Assembly: GCF_018977255.1 (NCBI RefSeq)
Contig: NW_024704743.1
Location: 29,452,001-29,516,000, forward strand
DNA from: Callorhinchus milii
Taxonomy: Eukaryota
Direction: 5' to 3'
DNA: 64,000 nucleotides
Within the stretch, counting starts at the first letter, position 1. Each line of letters begins with the position of its first letter. The position numbers were made by a program, and so were the translations under genes. Of the stretch, positions 13,201 to 27,599 are shown one piece after another. The notes under the pieces were generated by a model. That model was not told where the DNA came from, made no database searches, and saw only the letters and a program-made list of their open reading frames with translations.

Positions 13201-16200
13201 TGACTTGAGCAGCTTCCACTGTACTCACACGTGGGTTTACACAAACATGCACATGAATGCATGTGTGCACACGCACACACCACACAAGCTATTTTAAAAC
13301 CAATTTAGAAAGGATTTTAAAAGGAAAATTGTGACTGGCAATTTTTTTAAAAATTGAACTAAAGAAGACAGGGGTTCAGCTTGGCTCTTCACTGGCTTCC
13401 CCATCCCCCAGAGGATCGAGTTTAAAATCTTTGTCCTCACCTTTAAAGTGTCTTGGGACATCATCCAAATGTGAAAGGTGCTATATGAATGCAATTTGTT
13501 GTTGTTCTTCAAACTCAGGCATTTAAAAAAAAACAGTTCTACAACCCGCTGTCAAAACCATATACATTTTAAATACGATCAGCTTCAGGGAGTGCTTGTT
13601 GTTCTCCTGTTTACACAAGATTCTGGCCTTACACAACATGTGAGTATTGTTCAGAAATGTGACCGTGATTCCTTTATACAGCATCAATCATCACTCACGT
13701 TTACTTAGGAGTTCCCGTTCTAAACAAACCATCATGAAATTACTATTTCTTACTATTTAAAAGAAGAAATTGCATTGCATTGAGCTGCTGGGCCTCAGGA
13801 AAAGCGTTGGACTTGAAGGCAGCTGAATACACATTTAGAAACATTTTTCACTTGATGTAGGTGGCATATATTGTGGGGTGAAAACTGCAATGTGTGATAT
13901 ATTAATTAACACATCGTTGTAAAAAGCACCATTCAGTGTGTTAATTATCGACTGGTCTGTGGGTGTGCTGAAAACGATCCCTACACTTCCCAAGTCGATT
14001 CACAATGATTGTCCCCAAAGATTCTGACTTACAGATTGTGGTATTCGACAGCCACGAGTAGGATACAGATTCATCTGAACAAAAATAAATTAGACATGAA
14101 TCAGTATCCCTCTAACTTGCAATGATGATCCACAAGCCATAAGTCTAACATGTGATGCTCGTAACTTCTGCGTTTAACCAATGTGAACAGTGATGGAATA
14201 GAATATGGGACTTCAACCCACAACCTTCTGACTCAGAGGCTAGAGAACTACCACTAAGCCAGGCTGACGCAATTTTTTTCCAACAATATGTTCATCAACA
14301 CATCACATTTTGTAATTTTCAGCCTTGGCATACCATACAGCATATCAAGGCCTATTTTATTTAATGATACCATATAATGAAACTACACTGCAAAATCGTT
14401 TCACTTTTCATTCCACTTATGTTTCTACTAGAAGCATGCAACACGTTCTGTCAAATGCAAGAATTATTAGTATTATGTTACATTTGAAACAGCACAACAA
14501 GTCAGTAAAGTGTTTAAATTACAGGTTAGATTATACAAGTTCACTAGACTGCTCAGAGGTTACAGGACACAGGAATGTGTACCTGATTACAGCTGAAAAT
14601 CAAAAATCAAATCAAAAATTACATTTGTATAATGAAAAGTGCAAGTTTGTCGCTAGAGCATTGGGAGCATTTGAAAATGCAAACTGAAATAGTCTAATTT
14701 CTATAAATAAAAGCAAAACAATATGGAACTGCTCATTTTGTTTGATCAGCTGGGTCTCTGGCACTTGCAGAAACCCATCACCATGTTTAAGAGCATCCAA
14801 AGCAGATTGAGAGTTCCATATATGTATGACACCTGCACATGGAAATTCCTGTATCTGGAATTGAATGTGCACTCTCTCCCTGGAGGGACGCACCTTGTTT
14901 ACTTAACTCTGTGAAGTATTAAGTGCTGGTTGGCAAGAGCCAAATCTTGGGGACCCCAGAGTATGCATCAGGGTACTTTCTGCTGGAGTCTAACCAGCTA
15001 AAACCACACAGCTTGCATTAAAGCACTGTCTGACAAGCTTCCTGACAAGCTAGGACCACCCTACTCCACCATACAGGATCTGAATGGGAAGAATCTTTGT
15101 TCCTAGTGACTGGTCTGGATCCTCCAAGTCCTGCCAATGAGGCAGCCTGGCTGTGCCAGGAACCAGGAACCAGACTGCAGAGACTACCTCGAAGGATTGA
15201 CTCAATTCTCACATTACGTTACCAAGCACATCTTGGAGCCAGCTCAACTTCAAGGATAACCTGCTTCCCAGGTGAGCAGCATTGCTCACTAGGAAATCTG
15301 GAAATGCTTGAGAAAAAAAGATTTCACCAATCATATAGATACCTAGAAAAGAGTGGAAAAAAGGCTAGAGGCCCATTAAATACAGACCATATTACAAATA
15401 AAATTCTAAGTTTGGGTTTAAACTCAAACATTAGAAGAGCAGAATTTGCCAAGCTTCTTATGTCACACATAATTGCAATACTTCTATTTTTATTCAACAC
15501 TTTTCTCTAATTTACACACTTTGTAAACTGATTCCTTCCCATTCCATAAACCATACCCAGAGTCCCCCCTAAACACCCACAGCCCCTCCTACACAACATA
15601 CACACACAGCACCTCTTACACACGCACGCACACAGCCCTTCCTACATGATACACTCGCACAATGACCATATACGTTCATGCTGATCATGAGTCTCTTGGG
15701 CAGGGACAAATGTTAGATGTGAATTATAACATATTTATAAGGGACAAGAAAGGAGAAGACAAAGAGAAGCGTGGCCTCATTATTCCCCAGATGTGCCATA
15801 AATGAATAAATCGTCTGCACCAACTTATACCTTAGCACTTACTCCCAGCAGAACCAAATCAACCTCCAGCTGTGCTAATGGTAAAACATTCAAATAGACC
15901 TCTGCTTAACGTGCAACTGAGAATTCTCGTCATCGGTGCACAAGGTTTTAAAATATAGGTAGTGAAAGATAAATTTCGCACTTCACAATGACGTGTGTTT
16001 ATATTTCTGTGAAAGTTATGCTCCTACAGTACTGTAATCGTATTTGTAAGAATCAATTACATCTTCATGTGTTTCCTACAGGAAACCAGGCCAACTTCCT
16101 ATTATTTTATTTTCCTTACTCTCAGAAATGGCTCATTTTTAATGGTCTGAAAGTGAGAGAGATACACAGAGAACTGCATATTCTTGGGGTTGGCAGCCAA

Positions 16201-16493
16201 CATAAACATATACATGTAAAAATATTGAAGACAAACAATCCAATTAATGAAACACAAAGAACAGCTCACAAGCTTAAAACTGTCCCAATTCACTCAACAA
16301 ATACAAATAGTGGTGCATAACATACTGAAAGAATCACAAAAAGGGATTGGTATTATTCATGCAATCAATCATTTCAGATGTGACCTCCAGTACAAAATGA
16401 AAAGTGCAGGATGCTACTGAATTGAAAGAACTTCATTATATTGGCTGACCAGCAACAACAGGCTGCACTCCAACCCTTGAAGGATGGGTACAG

Positions 16494-16960
16494 AACAAAA
16501 CAAAATTTACATTTGTAAAGCACCTTTCATGTCGGGTGGGCGCCCCAAGGCACTGAACAGTCGGGGATCAGGACCCAAGCGTGTGGGGGCAGGGTTGGGA
16601 TGAGGGAGGGCAGAGGGGTAGGAGGCCAGCTGAAGACGAGGTCGAAAAGCAGGGTGTTGAGTCTTGCCTTGAAGGAGGCAAAAGAGGGAGCAAGGCGAAG
16701 GGATTGTGGGATGGAGTTCCAAAGGGTGTGGGCGGACGTTGTTAGCTCGGTCGCCGATGGTAGGACGGGTCGGGCGGGAGACATGGAGCAGGCCGGAGCC
16801 TGCTGAACAGAGGGAGCGGACAGATTGATAGGGGGTCAGCAGGTCAGAGATGTAGGAGAGGTCAAGGCCATGAAGGGCCTTGAAAGTGAGGACAAAGATT
16901 TTGAATTCTATCCTCTGAGGGATGGTGAGCCAGTGGGGCCAGGTGAAGGTGGAGGTGATG
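16494..16960 (-). mobile_element. L2 LINE 3' fragment
   Basis: Translates to HWLTIPQRIEFKIFVLTFKALHGL, with the same 3' UTR and tail as the other L2 copies. Confidence 0.92.
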
Positions 16961-17929
16961 CAACAAGCAGCAGAAAATAAGAAAATTAGGTAAAACAAAT
17001 CAAGATTGAGCAAGTGTAAAAAAGGGTATTTGAGAACTGGTTACACATTTCTCACTCCACTTTATAGTATATCCTCTTGTATCCAGAAACATCCTCCTAA
17101 TGTGAAAGGTACTGTGCCAAATGTAAGAATTATTATTATTCAACCAACCACGATGAATGCCGACTGCCCACCGTTCTCCTGATGCAGACCTTCTAAATAA
17201 TATATAATTTCAATAGTGTTTCCATTTTTCCCTCAGGTGCCTTCTCGACTTCCTAAGCAGCCTCCTCAGCCAAGAGACCATGATAGGCTTCTCTCTGGTC
17301 GATGTTCAGTGTTTCAAGCTCTCCAAAATGCTACCCTGCATGAAGAGTGCTATATAAATGCGAGCTGTTGTTGTTCAAATAGCAACAGTTTGGGAAATGA
17401 ATGAGTTGCTTCGCCCCCCCCAATTCTCAACTCATTGAGGGATACAAGCAATAAGCCAGCCAGATGTTTGTCACAAGGGCAATAAAAAAATAAGTATTGA
17501 GAACTGCTATGAGCTGCTGAAGACAAACATTTAGAAAGGGAGTTCTGCCGGCAATAGAGAGAGAGAAAAGAGGAAGCCATAAAACTGAGATTAAGAGAGA
17601 TTTCAGTACTCCAGAAATTAAAGTATCAAACCAGGAGTAAATAGAAATGGGCAAAGAAAGTGTAAACAATTTCTTAGAAGTAATTAGTGGCTAAATACAG
17701 CATGAACATAACATGTGAAGTGCAGTACTGAGGGAGATGCTAGATTAGATTTAGTGTTCAGCAATCCAAAAGAATGAATTAGTCAACTGGAAGGAAATAA
17801 CTATTTGTGGTGTACTATTCGTTGTACAGCCAATTTGACATTATAATTAAACCCGAAGCCAAATTTCTAGTTGTGCAAGAGCTCGGAGAACTCTTGGCAG
17901 GATTAAGTGGGAAAGAGAATTCATGAGTT

Positions 17930-18185
17930 TCCACATGGCTCAGTTGGTAAAACCACCATCTGGTGTGAAACAGATCTGCAGACTAAGGAGGTCGCAGGTG
18001 AGGTCTCCAGTCTGTGCTGTGCTACCTAACCTCAACCAGGAGAGCAGCAACTGGCCTCAGCCCAACTGTGGTATGGAAGGAGAAAAGCAGGGTTGCTGTT
18101 CTCGATTACTATCCAGTGAATCCTGCAGCACATCATACAGCTTAGGTAGGAGTTCTGGATGTTTGAATTCAACTGCTCTGGCAAT
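17930..18185 (+). mobile_element. Old tRNA-headed SINE of a second family; related copy at about 21815-22030
   Basis: A-box-like TGGCTCAGTTGGTAA. The body CAGTCTGTGCTGTGCTA...TGGCCTCAGCCC resembles CAGTTTGTGCTGTGTTAG...TAGCCTCAACACCC at 21837-21895. Confidence 0.6.
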
Positions 18186-18216
18186 GTAACTTTTTCACTT
18201 TGTTTATGTGAACAGC

Positions 18217-19712
18217 CACTATCACCCCCACCTTGAAGAAACCTTCCCTTGACCCATCACAGCTATCCAGCTACCGGCCCATCTCCCACCTCCCTTTTCT
18301 GTCTAAGGTCCTTGAGAGAGCCGTCGCCACCCAGCTTCGTTTTTTCCTCTCCTCTCACTTCCCTCTATGAGCCCCTCCAATCGAGTTTCCATGCTGCCCA
18401 CAGCACAGAAACTGCTCTGGTCAAGGTCACAAACATCATCCTGACCATGTGTGACCAGGGCTTCCTCTGCCTCCTCGTCCTCTCCGCTGCCTTTGACACC
18501 ATGGACCACTCAATCCTCCTCCACCACCTCTCTTCCCACTTCAACCTTCAAGGTTTTGTCCTTGACTGGTTCAGGTCCTACCTTTCACACCGCCTCCACT
18601 TCGTCTCGGCAAGCAGCTTCTCCTCCAGTCCCCACATGTCTCGTTCGGCGTTCCTCAGGGCTCTGCCCCCGGTCCCCTCCTCTTCACCCTCTACATGCTC
18701 CTCCTTGGTGACATCATCCGCAGACATGGGGTAAATTTCCACACGTATGCGGATGACACCCAACTCTATCTCTCTGACTCCACCCTGAACTCCAGGACTA
18801 CTGACGTCCTGACCGACTGCCTATCTGACATCAAGTCCTGGACAAGGGAGAACTTTCTCCAACTGAACGTCAGCAAGACCGAGGCCCTCCTGATTAGCTC
18901 GTGCTGGCACCTCCACACCTCAGGCGCTGGCAACATCAGCCTCCACGGCTGCAAACTCAATATAATTAAGCCAGTCAGGAACCTGGGTGTCTTGTTTGTC
19001 CCTGAACTGTCCTTTCTCCCCCACATCCGCACTATGACCGGCACTGCCTACACCACCTCCGCAACATTGGCAGACTCCGCTACTGCCTCATCCCTCAGGC
19101 TGCCGAAACCTTCACCCACGCATTCGTCTTATCAAGGCTCGATTATGCAAACTCCCTCCTCATCGGCCTTCCCAACTCTTCCCTTCACAAGCTGCAGATC
19201 ATCCAAAACTCTGCAGCTTGTGTACTTTCGCGCACCAGGGGCTCCACTCCCACCCTCGCCCGATCCACTGGCTCCCCATTCCTCAGTGGATCGAATTCAA
19301 GATCCTCGTCCTCACTTTAAAGACCATCCATGGCCTTTCCCCCTCCTACCTCTCTGACCTGCTGACTCCCTACCAACCTGCTCGCACCCTCCGTTCAGCG
19401 GACTCCGGCCTGCTCCATGTCTCCTGCCTGACCCGCCCTATCATCGGTGACCGGGCTTTCAGCCTCTCTTCCCCCACACTCTGGAACTCCATCGCACAGT
19501 CCCTTCGCCTCACTTCCTCCCTTGTCTCCTTCAAGGCTGGTCTCAAGACCCTCCTCTTCGATCGTGCCTTCAGTCACCTTCCCACCTCTCTGCCTTCCCC
19601 TAACCCTCCCCCAACACTCCCCCATGCTCAGGTCCTGACCCCTGACTGTCCAGCGCCTTGGGACGTCCTCCTGTCGTGAAAGACGCTCTATAAATGTAAT
19701 TTTGTTATTGTT
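18217..19712 (+). mobile_element. L2 LINE, 5'-truncated, RT through 3' tail, frameshifted
   Basis: ORF fragments [30 protein letters not shown] and [14 protein letters not shown]. The 3' end is GGGACGTCCTCCTGTCGTGAAAGACGCTCTATAAATG followed by a TTG-type tail. Confidence 0.95.
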
Positions 19713-20164
19713 TATCACTGCCTCACACTGGTTGGACATGGTGAGTGATGACTCAACTGACACACCGAGATTTTTCTCAATTTCCCTGTTGGCATGTTCT
19801 ACACCAATCGGGGACTGAAAAACAGTATTTTTCAGTCACAATTTACTAGAACAGGAAACTGACTGAATGTAGTTGGTTTCCTGAAATCTCTCACTGAAAG
19901 TCTGCTTCCACATTAGCAGATTTCAGCAAAAAGAGTCAGGTCAGAAATCCAAGATGGTAGTCCATGGCAGCCATGGGATTAACTGTGCAAACAGCACTGA
20001 TTGGAAGGGGAGAAGACCACTGGCATTTTATTGAGATAAGAGAAACATGTAGCAATTCACAAATATAGTAGCTTGCATTTTATATAATGCCATTCACATG
20101 CGGGTAGCATCTCAGAGCTTAGTCTTCCATGTTTGGTCTTCAGGTGCGATCTGAAGATGGGTGA

Positions 20165-20580
20165 GGAGACAAGTGTCGGCGCCTGAGGTGCGGAGGCGCT
20201 GACGCGAACCAATCAGGAGGGCCTCGGTTTTTCGCACGTTGAGCTGAAGAAAGTTGTCTCTCGTCCAGGACTCAATGTCGGACAGACAGGCTGTCAGGAC
20301 ATCGGTGGTCGTGGAGTTGAGAGTAGAGGAGGAAAGGTAGAGTTGGGTGTCATCCGCATACATGTGGAAGTTAACTCCATGTCTGCGGATGATGTCACCA
20401 AGGGGGAGCATGTAGAGGGTGAAGAGGAGGGGACCGAGGACAGAGCCCTGAGGGACTCCACATGAGACAGTACGGGGGGTGGAGGAGAAGCCATTCGTCG
20501 AGACAAAGTGAAGACGGTGAGAAAGGTACGACCTAAACCACTCAAGGACAGTGCCTTGAAGGTTGAGGTGGGAGGACCTA
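20165..20580 (-). mobile_element. L2 LINE internal RT fragment
   Basis: ORF 20112-20606 has [13 protein letters not shown] and YADDTQLY. Confidence 0.93.
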
Positions 20581-21519
20581 AACCCCAAGAAATGTGCATC
20601 AAACACAGATAATTATTAGGAAATTAAATGCTCTAACTCTGAACGCTGAAGTTAAGGACTGAGCAACAATTGAACTGTTCACATGATTTTCAGGGTCTGA
20701 CATACTTGAATTTATCTGGAATCATAGAAATCTACAATACAGTAGGGGGCCATTGACTCATTGTATTCTGGTGGTATTTGTAATGTCCAATGAAACCCAA
20801 ATCCCAATTCCCCATTATTTCACTGTAACCTTTAATACCCTTCCTCCCCATGTCACTATGTAATTTGCTTGTTGATCTATATACAATATCAACAACGTAA
20901 TTCTACTCCCTGAATATGGAAAATATTGAAATCAATTTTGTAATTTGACCTCTTTTTTTACGAAGCAATTGGTCAGCATCAGCCAACAGGGGCTTTTTCA
21001 GAGCACAGTTGATTCCTGGACCTGCACATCTGGCTCAGATACCCAGCCTTACACCACCCACTGCAGTTTCAATCCAGCAGAAACAATGGAGAGGATGCAC
21101 ATTACAGCCCACATTGCTCATTGTTTCAACAACATAAATCTTCTCAAAACAGGGCTTACACAAGTGCCAATTACAAAACCAGAATTAAAGGGTTGAAAAA
21201 GTAAAAAATGATAGGTTACACTAGTTTTTTTTCCTCTTTCTGACTTTCAGATTTATTACCATTTTAATACCAGAAGAGCTTTTATTTACCATTCAGCTTC
21301 ATTTTCTGTGTGTGTCCATCAGCACTGTTATTCAGAAAACTGCTCAATTTTCCCAAACAACAACAAATTACATTTGTATTGGACCTTTCACATCAGGAGG
21401 ACGTCCCAAATACTATACACCTATCTAATACAGGTAGATGTAGATGTATGTACATGTAGATTCCACCATGTTTAGGTACGTAATGCATGGGATATTAACT
21501 TCAGGTCAAAGTGACTTAC

Positions 21520-21629
21520 TTTTACATGACTCTGCGCACCCAGGTTGTAGATTTCAGTTGGCTTCACTGCATTGATGATTTTCACCAGGCACATACTGTC
21601 AGTAAGGTCTCCGTAGTGCAGTTTCATAT
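21520..21629 (-). CDS. GMDS: GDP-mannose 4,6-dehydratase, coding exon 4 (110 nt, (N)[36 protein letters not shown])
   Basis: Minus strand reads ttttggtttgcag|ATATGAAACTG...CATGTAAAA|gtaagt. It contains LHYGDLTD and YNLGAQSHV. The phase-1 start fits exon 3 and the exon ends in phase 0. Confidence 0.98.
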
Positions 21630-22739
21630 CTGCAAACCAAAAGGCCAGGTTAGTACATAATGCATGTACAATGGGAGTCAGGTCATAATAGTCAATGTTA
21701 CAATGTTTGTATTGTTTCTTTTAAAAATCAACGAATAGCCATTGCATAAAACGCAAACGAGTCCATTCCAAGAACATTAAAGAAACAATACATTAAAGCT
21801 AAACCATATCCAAAAACCTGAAGGCTGCCAAGTTTCCAGTTTGTGCTGTGTTAGTTGGGGCAACTACATGAGTGCTGTATTAGCCTCAACACCCCGCTGG
21901 TCCGGAGGGTGGGGAGATCCACCAATGTTCCTACTTCTGATTATGATCTGTATGGCCAGCTGGAAAACTCATTCATGTAGATAGGAGCTGCTCAGCGGCA
22001 ATGCTTTGCAAGGTTGAATAAAGCTAATGGTAATCTCAAGACTCATGCATGAAGAAATGACACTTAGACGAGACAAAAGAAGCAAGCCGGCTTCCAAGGG
22101 ACTGTACCGCAGAGTGAATGAGCCATGTCACGAGATGCAAAAGCAAAGAGAAGGTTGGAGGGTGGAGGGGAAACATGCAGCTCCTATGTCTGGAAGGCTC
22201 TTCAAGTATGTATCTCTCCGATAGACGTAAAATCAACCTTAACACCACTTCTTCTCAATCAATCTGTTTTTTTCCCCTGATTTTATTTGAATCATGGAAT
22301 GCAGTACTCGTCACCTCACTTTTTAATTTTAACATCTATAATATCTTAGAAAGTCAGTAATACAACCTTCATATTTATTTCCAAACTTCACAATGGAACA
22401 CACAATATACTCCAATACAAATGGAATTCAACATGCTGGTTGTGGCAAACTGTTACCCAATACTAGTAACACAACCAGCCCAAAGGAAATGAAAAAGTGC
22501 ACGTATTCATAGATGTGACTAATCAACTTGGAGAGAGGGTTAGTGGGAGTCCATAAATTATAAAGTTACGTATTGGTGCGTTTGGAATTTCCCAGCGATG
22601 TATTAGAGATAAGCTTTTCCATAAATCTGCAAAGGTGACATTACAATATTATTCAGCATTGCATGGGCATTCTGGAATGTACACTGAAACAGCAAGGGGA
22701 ATTCCTCAAAAGTTTGTAAAACAAAATGTTCAGTTAAAA

Positions 22740-23035
22740 TTTATAATAATCCTTGCATTTGACATAGGGCCTTTCACATCTCAAAGTGCTTCCTGTGCTG
22801 TGGCTTGTGTATTTTGTTGACAAACTAGGCTGTTGATTTGTGTACAGCAATGTTTGATAAACAACCATGAAGTAAATGATATTTATTTGGGGGATTGTTG
22901 GCCAGGACACCACAAAAAACTTCCTTCTTGTTTCAAAACATGCCATGGGATCTTTATCATCCATCTGAACAGGCAGACAGGACCTTGTGTAATGTCTCAT
23001 CTGAAGGACAGCACCTCTGACAATGCAGCAAATTC
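22740..23035 (-). mobile_element. Deu-domain SINE remnant
   Basis: TGCCATGGGATCTTTATCATCCATCTGAACAGGCAGACAGGACC...TCTCATCTGAAGGACAGCACCTC. Confidence 0.78.
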
Positions 23036-23869
23036 CACAAATAAACAACACAAAAATTAGTAGATATCAGAAGAGAATCCGAAGAGGAAACTGATAATAG
23101 TCCATGGCTGAACTGAAAATCCAAGCTGGTTGGGGCAGAACAAGAATCAGATGAGGGGTTTGCTAGAATCTGCATCTTATCCCAGGTATTAGCTTTAGCT
23201 TGGTCAAAACATCTCGCTGACCGCTGCCTATCCTCTCCCGCCCCTTCACAAGTCCTTTGTGCTCATTTACAATAATATTGCCTCTCTTGAAGTCCCCTTG
23301 CTTTCCCCGCTCTCTGAAAACCACAAAGGTCTGCAGCTCTCACTAAATTCAAATGCAAACTCTAACACATTTTCTGCACTTCATTTGCCAGTTTTCTCTT
23401 TTGTGTTTCTCTTTTCCTTTTGCTCTATGTCCATTTAGATCTCACTATTTGAAATAACAATTTTAAGTCCAAATGGATGGGAGAGGAAGACCAGATGATG
23501 AAGGAAGCACCCATTCAGTCGCCTGACCATCTCACACCCAATGCCATCCATAGTCTGCTCCGAGACGGATGCCTGGATCGGAAGGCCGGAGATAGAGGTA
23601 GCATTCAGGATTGAAGAAAGATTCGGAGTCTAAGATAATTGATAAAGATACAGGTTGGCTGAAATTCAGATTAAGATCCTCATGGATTGAGAAGCAAAAT
23701 TATACTTTATTACCTGCTCCAAATCACTCGCCTTTATTCACAGAACTCCACTGCCCAGCAGGGAGGCCTCAGAGTGCAGACTACTCTCCCAAGTTCATTA
23801 GCCTACTCAGAAAGTTTATTTGTACACTGCAACACAATTATAGTAGTGTTTGGTATCCACCTACACTAC

Positions 23870-24330
23870 TCGCCGAACTGGTGCGCAAACTTGGCATCCA
23901 GCTCCCCCATTTTCCTTTCTCTCTCACATCCAGTACTTCACTAAGACTGCTTTTCTTCACCTCCGCCACAATTTCACACCCAAAGCCATTCATGCTTTTG
24001 TCACATCCCGCTTAAACTTGCATGCCTCACTTATCTTCCTAGTTCCAGCATTCACAAGTTGCAACTCATCCAATAGTCTGCCAGCTGCATCCTCTGCTGC
24101 ACCATATCCTGAAAGCTCATCACCCCAGTCCTCTCCCATCACTCCAGTTCTCTCCCATCACTCCAGTTCTCTCCCATCACTCCAGTCCTCATCAGTTTCC
24201 ACTGGCCTCCCAAGTTCCCAGCAGATCAATTTCAAAGCTCCATACCTTGATCTACCAATCCATCTACTACCTGGAACTACATTATCTCACTGATCTCTTA
24301 CCCTACTCCTCTGGTTACCCCCACTGCTCA
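23870..24330 (+). mobile_element. Old L2 fragment containing a 19-bp tandem repeat (24125-24190)
   Basis: Degenerate translation TKTAFLHLRH...IHAFVTSRL. The unit CCAGTTCTCTCCCATCACT is repeated about 3.5 times. Confidence 0.75.
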
Positions 24331-26150
24331 GCTAACTTGGCCTTGCTGTGATCCTGGGTTACCAAGTGAACACCGGTGTCATTTCCTACTTCTGCACATA
24401 TGCAAATTAGGAAGTGATGTTGACGGAGACCTAATAACCTAGATTTGTCCATTTCAGTGTGAAAATCCAGCTGGTATAGTGAATGGGGTCCACAGTGCAA
24501 CCATATTATAAGCGAATTTGTGCTCTAATGAAGCACATCACTTCAGAGCTGCACTGTATTTGTTTTTAAAGTTTAAAAGTTCAGTGAACAACAACTCCAC
24601 TTAAAGAGCACCTTTCACATAGGATGAATGTTTTGCGGCACTTAAATTGTCAGCTGCTATACAACTGGAGTCACCCTGTAGCAATTCAGATTGATATCAG
24701 TCCAAAACCACCGGCTGGAGGCAATTTCAGGAGAGGAATTCAAATCAATGCCAATTAAGTCAGAGTAACATTATGCTGTATGTTAATTCTAATATGGAAA
24801 CCACATCAATTTGACACAAACTGACACATCCTCATGATAGTAGCATAAAAGTTTGATTACAATAAACAAAAGAAACTCTAATAATAATGATCTTTAACAA
24901 GTTATATTTTTGCAATCTGCATTACACTTTCCCAACACCAAATCAATTGAAAAGTCCAATAACTTAACAAACCTCTAGTGACTACGCAACTTTCTAATTC
25001 TCAACGCAGGAGAAAATGGGAATTCATCTTGTTTCCACTATTATACACAGAGATATTTGAAATGTAGGCTAAGGCTTTGGGTTGAGGCTAATTGCACATG
25101 TACTAATACAAGACATTTTGGGTGATTTTCAGAACATGCGTCTGATAAAAAGCTTCTCGGAATAGTCATAACCAGAATATTTCAAAATACCCTCCCATAA
25201 AGCAATTTGATCACTATTTTTGTAATCCTGCTGTCTAATATGCAACAGCAGGAAAAAGATTTATGTCTAGCAAATCCTGCATAACAACTCTCAGGAGCCC
25301 TGCTCAGTTGTTGATCTCAGTTCCAATTTCTGTGAAGCCAGATTTCAGCTAAAGGAGGTTCCTGGCACCAATGAGGGTTGGCCCCTGACACATCCGGATA
25401 CCTGCAGGATTCGATAGTTAAAAATACTTTTGCAACTTGGACCCCACTGTGCTTCACACCAGATATTAGTACTTATTTAATGCCCATTTGTAACTCGCTT
25501 ATGGCCAACATATGCTTTTCGATTTTGAGACCACCCACAATGACTCTTTAGGTCAAAGTTCACCTTAGATCTTGAACACTCAGAAGCATCTTGATCAATT
25601 CACAAGTACAATGTTAGTGCATTTGTAGGTTTCAATAAACTGCACTTCAGACAGGATAAACCAACTGTGATTCTTTTGGGGCTTGAACAGTACAGTTTCT
25701 CATCTGTGTAACAGATTAAGTAAATTTTACAAAATATGCATAACAATTTGATTGGGAATAAGTAGGCTACTTTTTCCCCACCTCCATGTGTGCAGTGTTA
25801 AACTTCACTCTAGTCAGAATCATTACTGAGTGCATCTGGATCACCACAATTAGCCATAAAAAGTTAACATTGAAATCTATTCTAACAAAATAATAACCCA
25901 GTTTTATTGCCAGATTATCGTGGCTAAAAGAGGTACACTTATAAATCCAAACAGTAAAAGAAAACGCCGTTCAAACACAGTCATAAAGCCAAACCGGGTG
26001 TTTGTTTTGAGATTCAGAAAATCAATTTTCTTCCTGATGCACTCAGAAGACAGGAAGAAAAAGTTGGAATAGAACAGAATGGTAAATCTGGCCCAAAAAC
26101 AGCATGTAGGCAAAGAGGAAAGTGTCAGCCATGTATGGACACAAACTTAC

Positions 26151-26238
26151 TTCCTTCTGTGTGTGTATGTGGATTCTTGTATAAATGCTCGATACGCCCA
26201 GTGTTGAAAGAACTGGATCGACGTACAATACCATGCAC
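26151..26238 (-). CDS. GMDS: GDP-mannose 4,6-dehydratase, coding exon 3 (88 nt, [29 protein letters not shown] + 1 nt)
   Basis: Minus strand reads tttttctacgcag|GTGCATGGT...GAAGGAA|gtaagt. The translation contains the diagnostic [20 protein letters not shown] and continues the frame of exon 2. Confidence 0.98.
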
Positions 26239-27599
26239 CTGCGTAGAAAAATGCAAAAAAGCATGTTAAATACAGCCATCATTCAGTTACTACCATTAGC
26301 AGACCTAAAAAAAGAACATCCAAAGGGTGAAATCTGCAGAAGGAATCCAACACAACAACTCCAACTGGACTGATAAATCACTACCACTATCCAAAAAAAC
26401 ATGCGGTCTGCCGTGAAACAGCTCACCTCCTGATACAAAACAAATAGCATGAGTGGGGGCAGAAAGGCTGAAGTCCCAACTGCGGATGATATAACACGTA
26501 TATAATGAATATAAATATAAAGAATATAACAAAGGTATCTGACAACATTCATCCAAGTCATGGAATGCAGTGTACTAGTCTGTCCATTGCAGGATAGGAA
26601 ATTAGATTGTTATAAAAGTTTTTTGGAACAAGGGGGTTAATTTATAAGGCATAGTGGGGCCTGCACACAAATCTATCACCTCTGGTACCAAGAGTCAAAT
26701 CTGACACATGCTAATAGGAAGAAGGTTATCTCTGGCTATTGACTGTAAAGTATGTGAAATTAATTTGAGGATATAAAACAATGGCCCATCAATACAATGC
26801 TACATTTTATATTGCACCGGTCATATTTCAGAGCAAAAGTACTTCCAACTGAGCAAGGCTGACACCATAATATTTGAAAGTGAACTGGATGAACGTTGAA
26901 AGAGATATAAAATGGAAACAGAGAAATGGAAAGAACAGGCAATGGGATTAGAGCAGATTGGCTAGCATTTGTTAAATGTGTATGATTGTGTATGTCAATT
27001 ATCTAATGTGGCTTCAAGGTTCAAGACTGATCAATGACAAACCATACCCAACCTTCATCCAATCTGGTTAAGAATGAAGGATTACTGAATTTGTTTGAAA
27101 ACGAAACATTTTTGACAAGTCACAAAACATATTAAAAAAAGAAAGCTTAACTTTCCCTGAACAGGTAAAATTGCGACCTCTGCTCACATCAAAAAATTGC
27201 TCCAAATTAAAACTAGACACTTGTATTTTTTAACAATGACCGAAAACTGGTTTGAAGACCCATTTACAGCCGGTGAAAGACTGAAAAAGTCATGGCATAG
27301 TTGAGTGAAAGATATGAGTAAGTAAACTCATTGGTGGTCCCACAGAGAGATGTGGACAAGTAAACCTGTTTATGATGCTTGAATAGTTGAAAAACAAATT
27401 GCTACAAAGAATGTAAATCAACTTCAACACTATTTTATATTTCTCTCTCAATTTCAATTTTTGGACTTTGTTTAAAATAGTGTCAACGTGATTGGAAGAG
27501 TTACTGAACCCACTGGTGCAAGGGAGTTGAATTGACAGTTACAGGGTTATTTTTGGCCTCCAGAATGGCCTAGGAATAGAAAGTAGTTTTGGCCTGTGT

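Larger units (their letters stand above)
1..21519 (-). other. GMDS: GMDS intron 4 (partial, more than 21.5 kb; exon 5 lies beyond the window start)
   Basis: Follows the exon-4 donor. No segment encoding the expected next peptide ([21 protein letters not shown]) was found by eye. Confidence 0.8.

Noticed and set aside
21481..21670. TGCATG (RBFOX) motifs flanking exon 4
   Set aside because: They are on the plus strand, whereas GMDS is transcribed from the minus strand.
22315..22335. 21-nt micro-exon between exons 3 and 4 (I recall a short alternative exon at this position in zebrafish gmds)
   Set aside because: The AG/GT-bounded 21-mer ATGTTAAAATTAAAAAGTGAG gives an in-frame TGA in the required phase and has weak sites. 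No better candidate was found by eye.
24125..24190. CRISPR-like or regularly spaced repeat array
   Set aside because: Head-to-tail 19-bp units with no spacers, inside an L2 fragment in a vertebrate genome.
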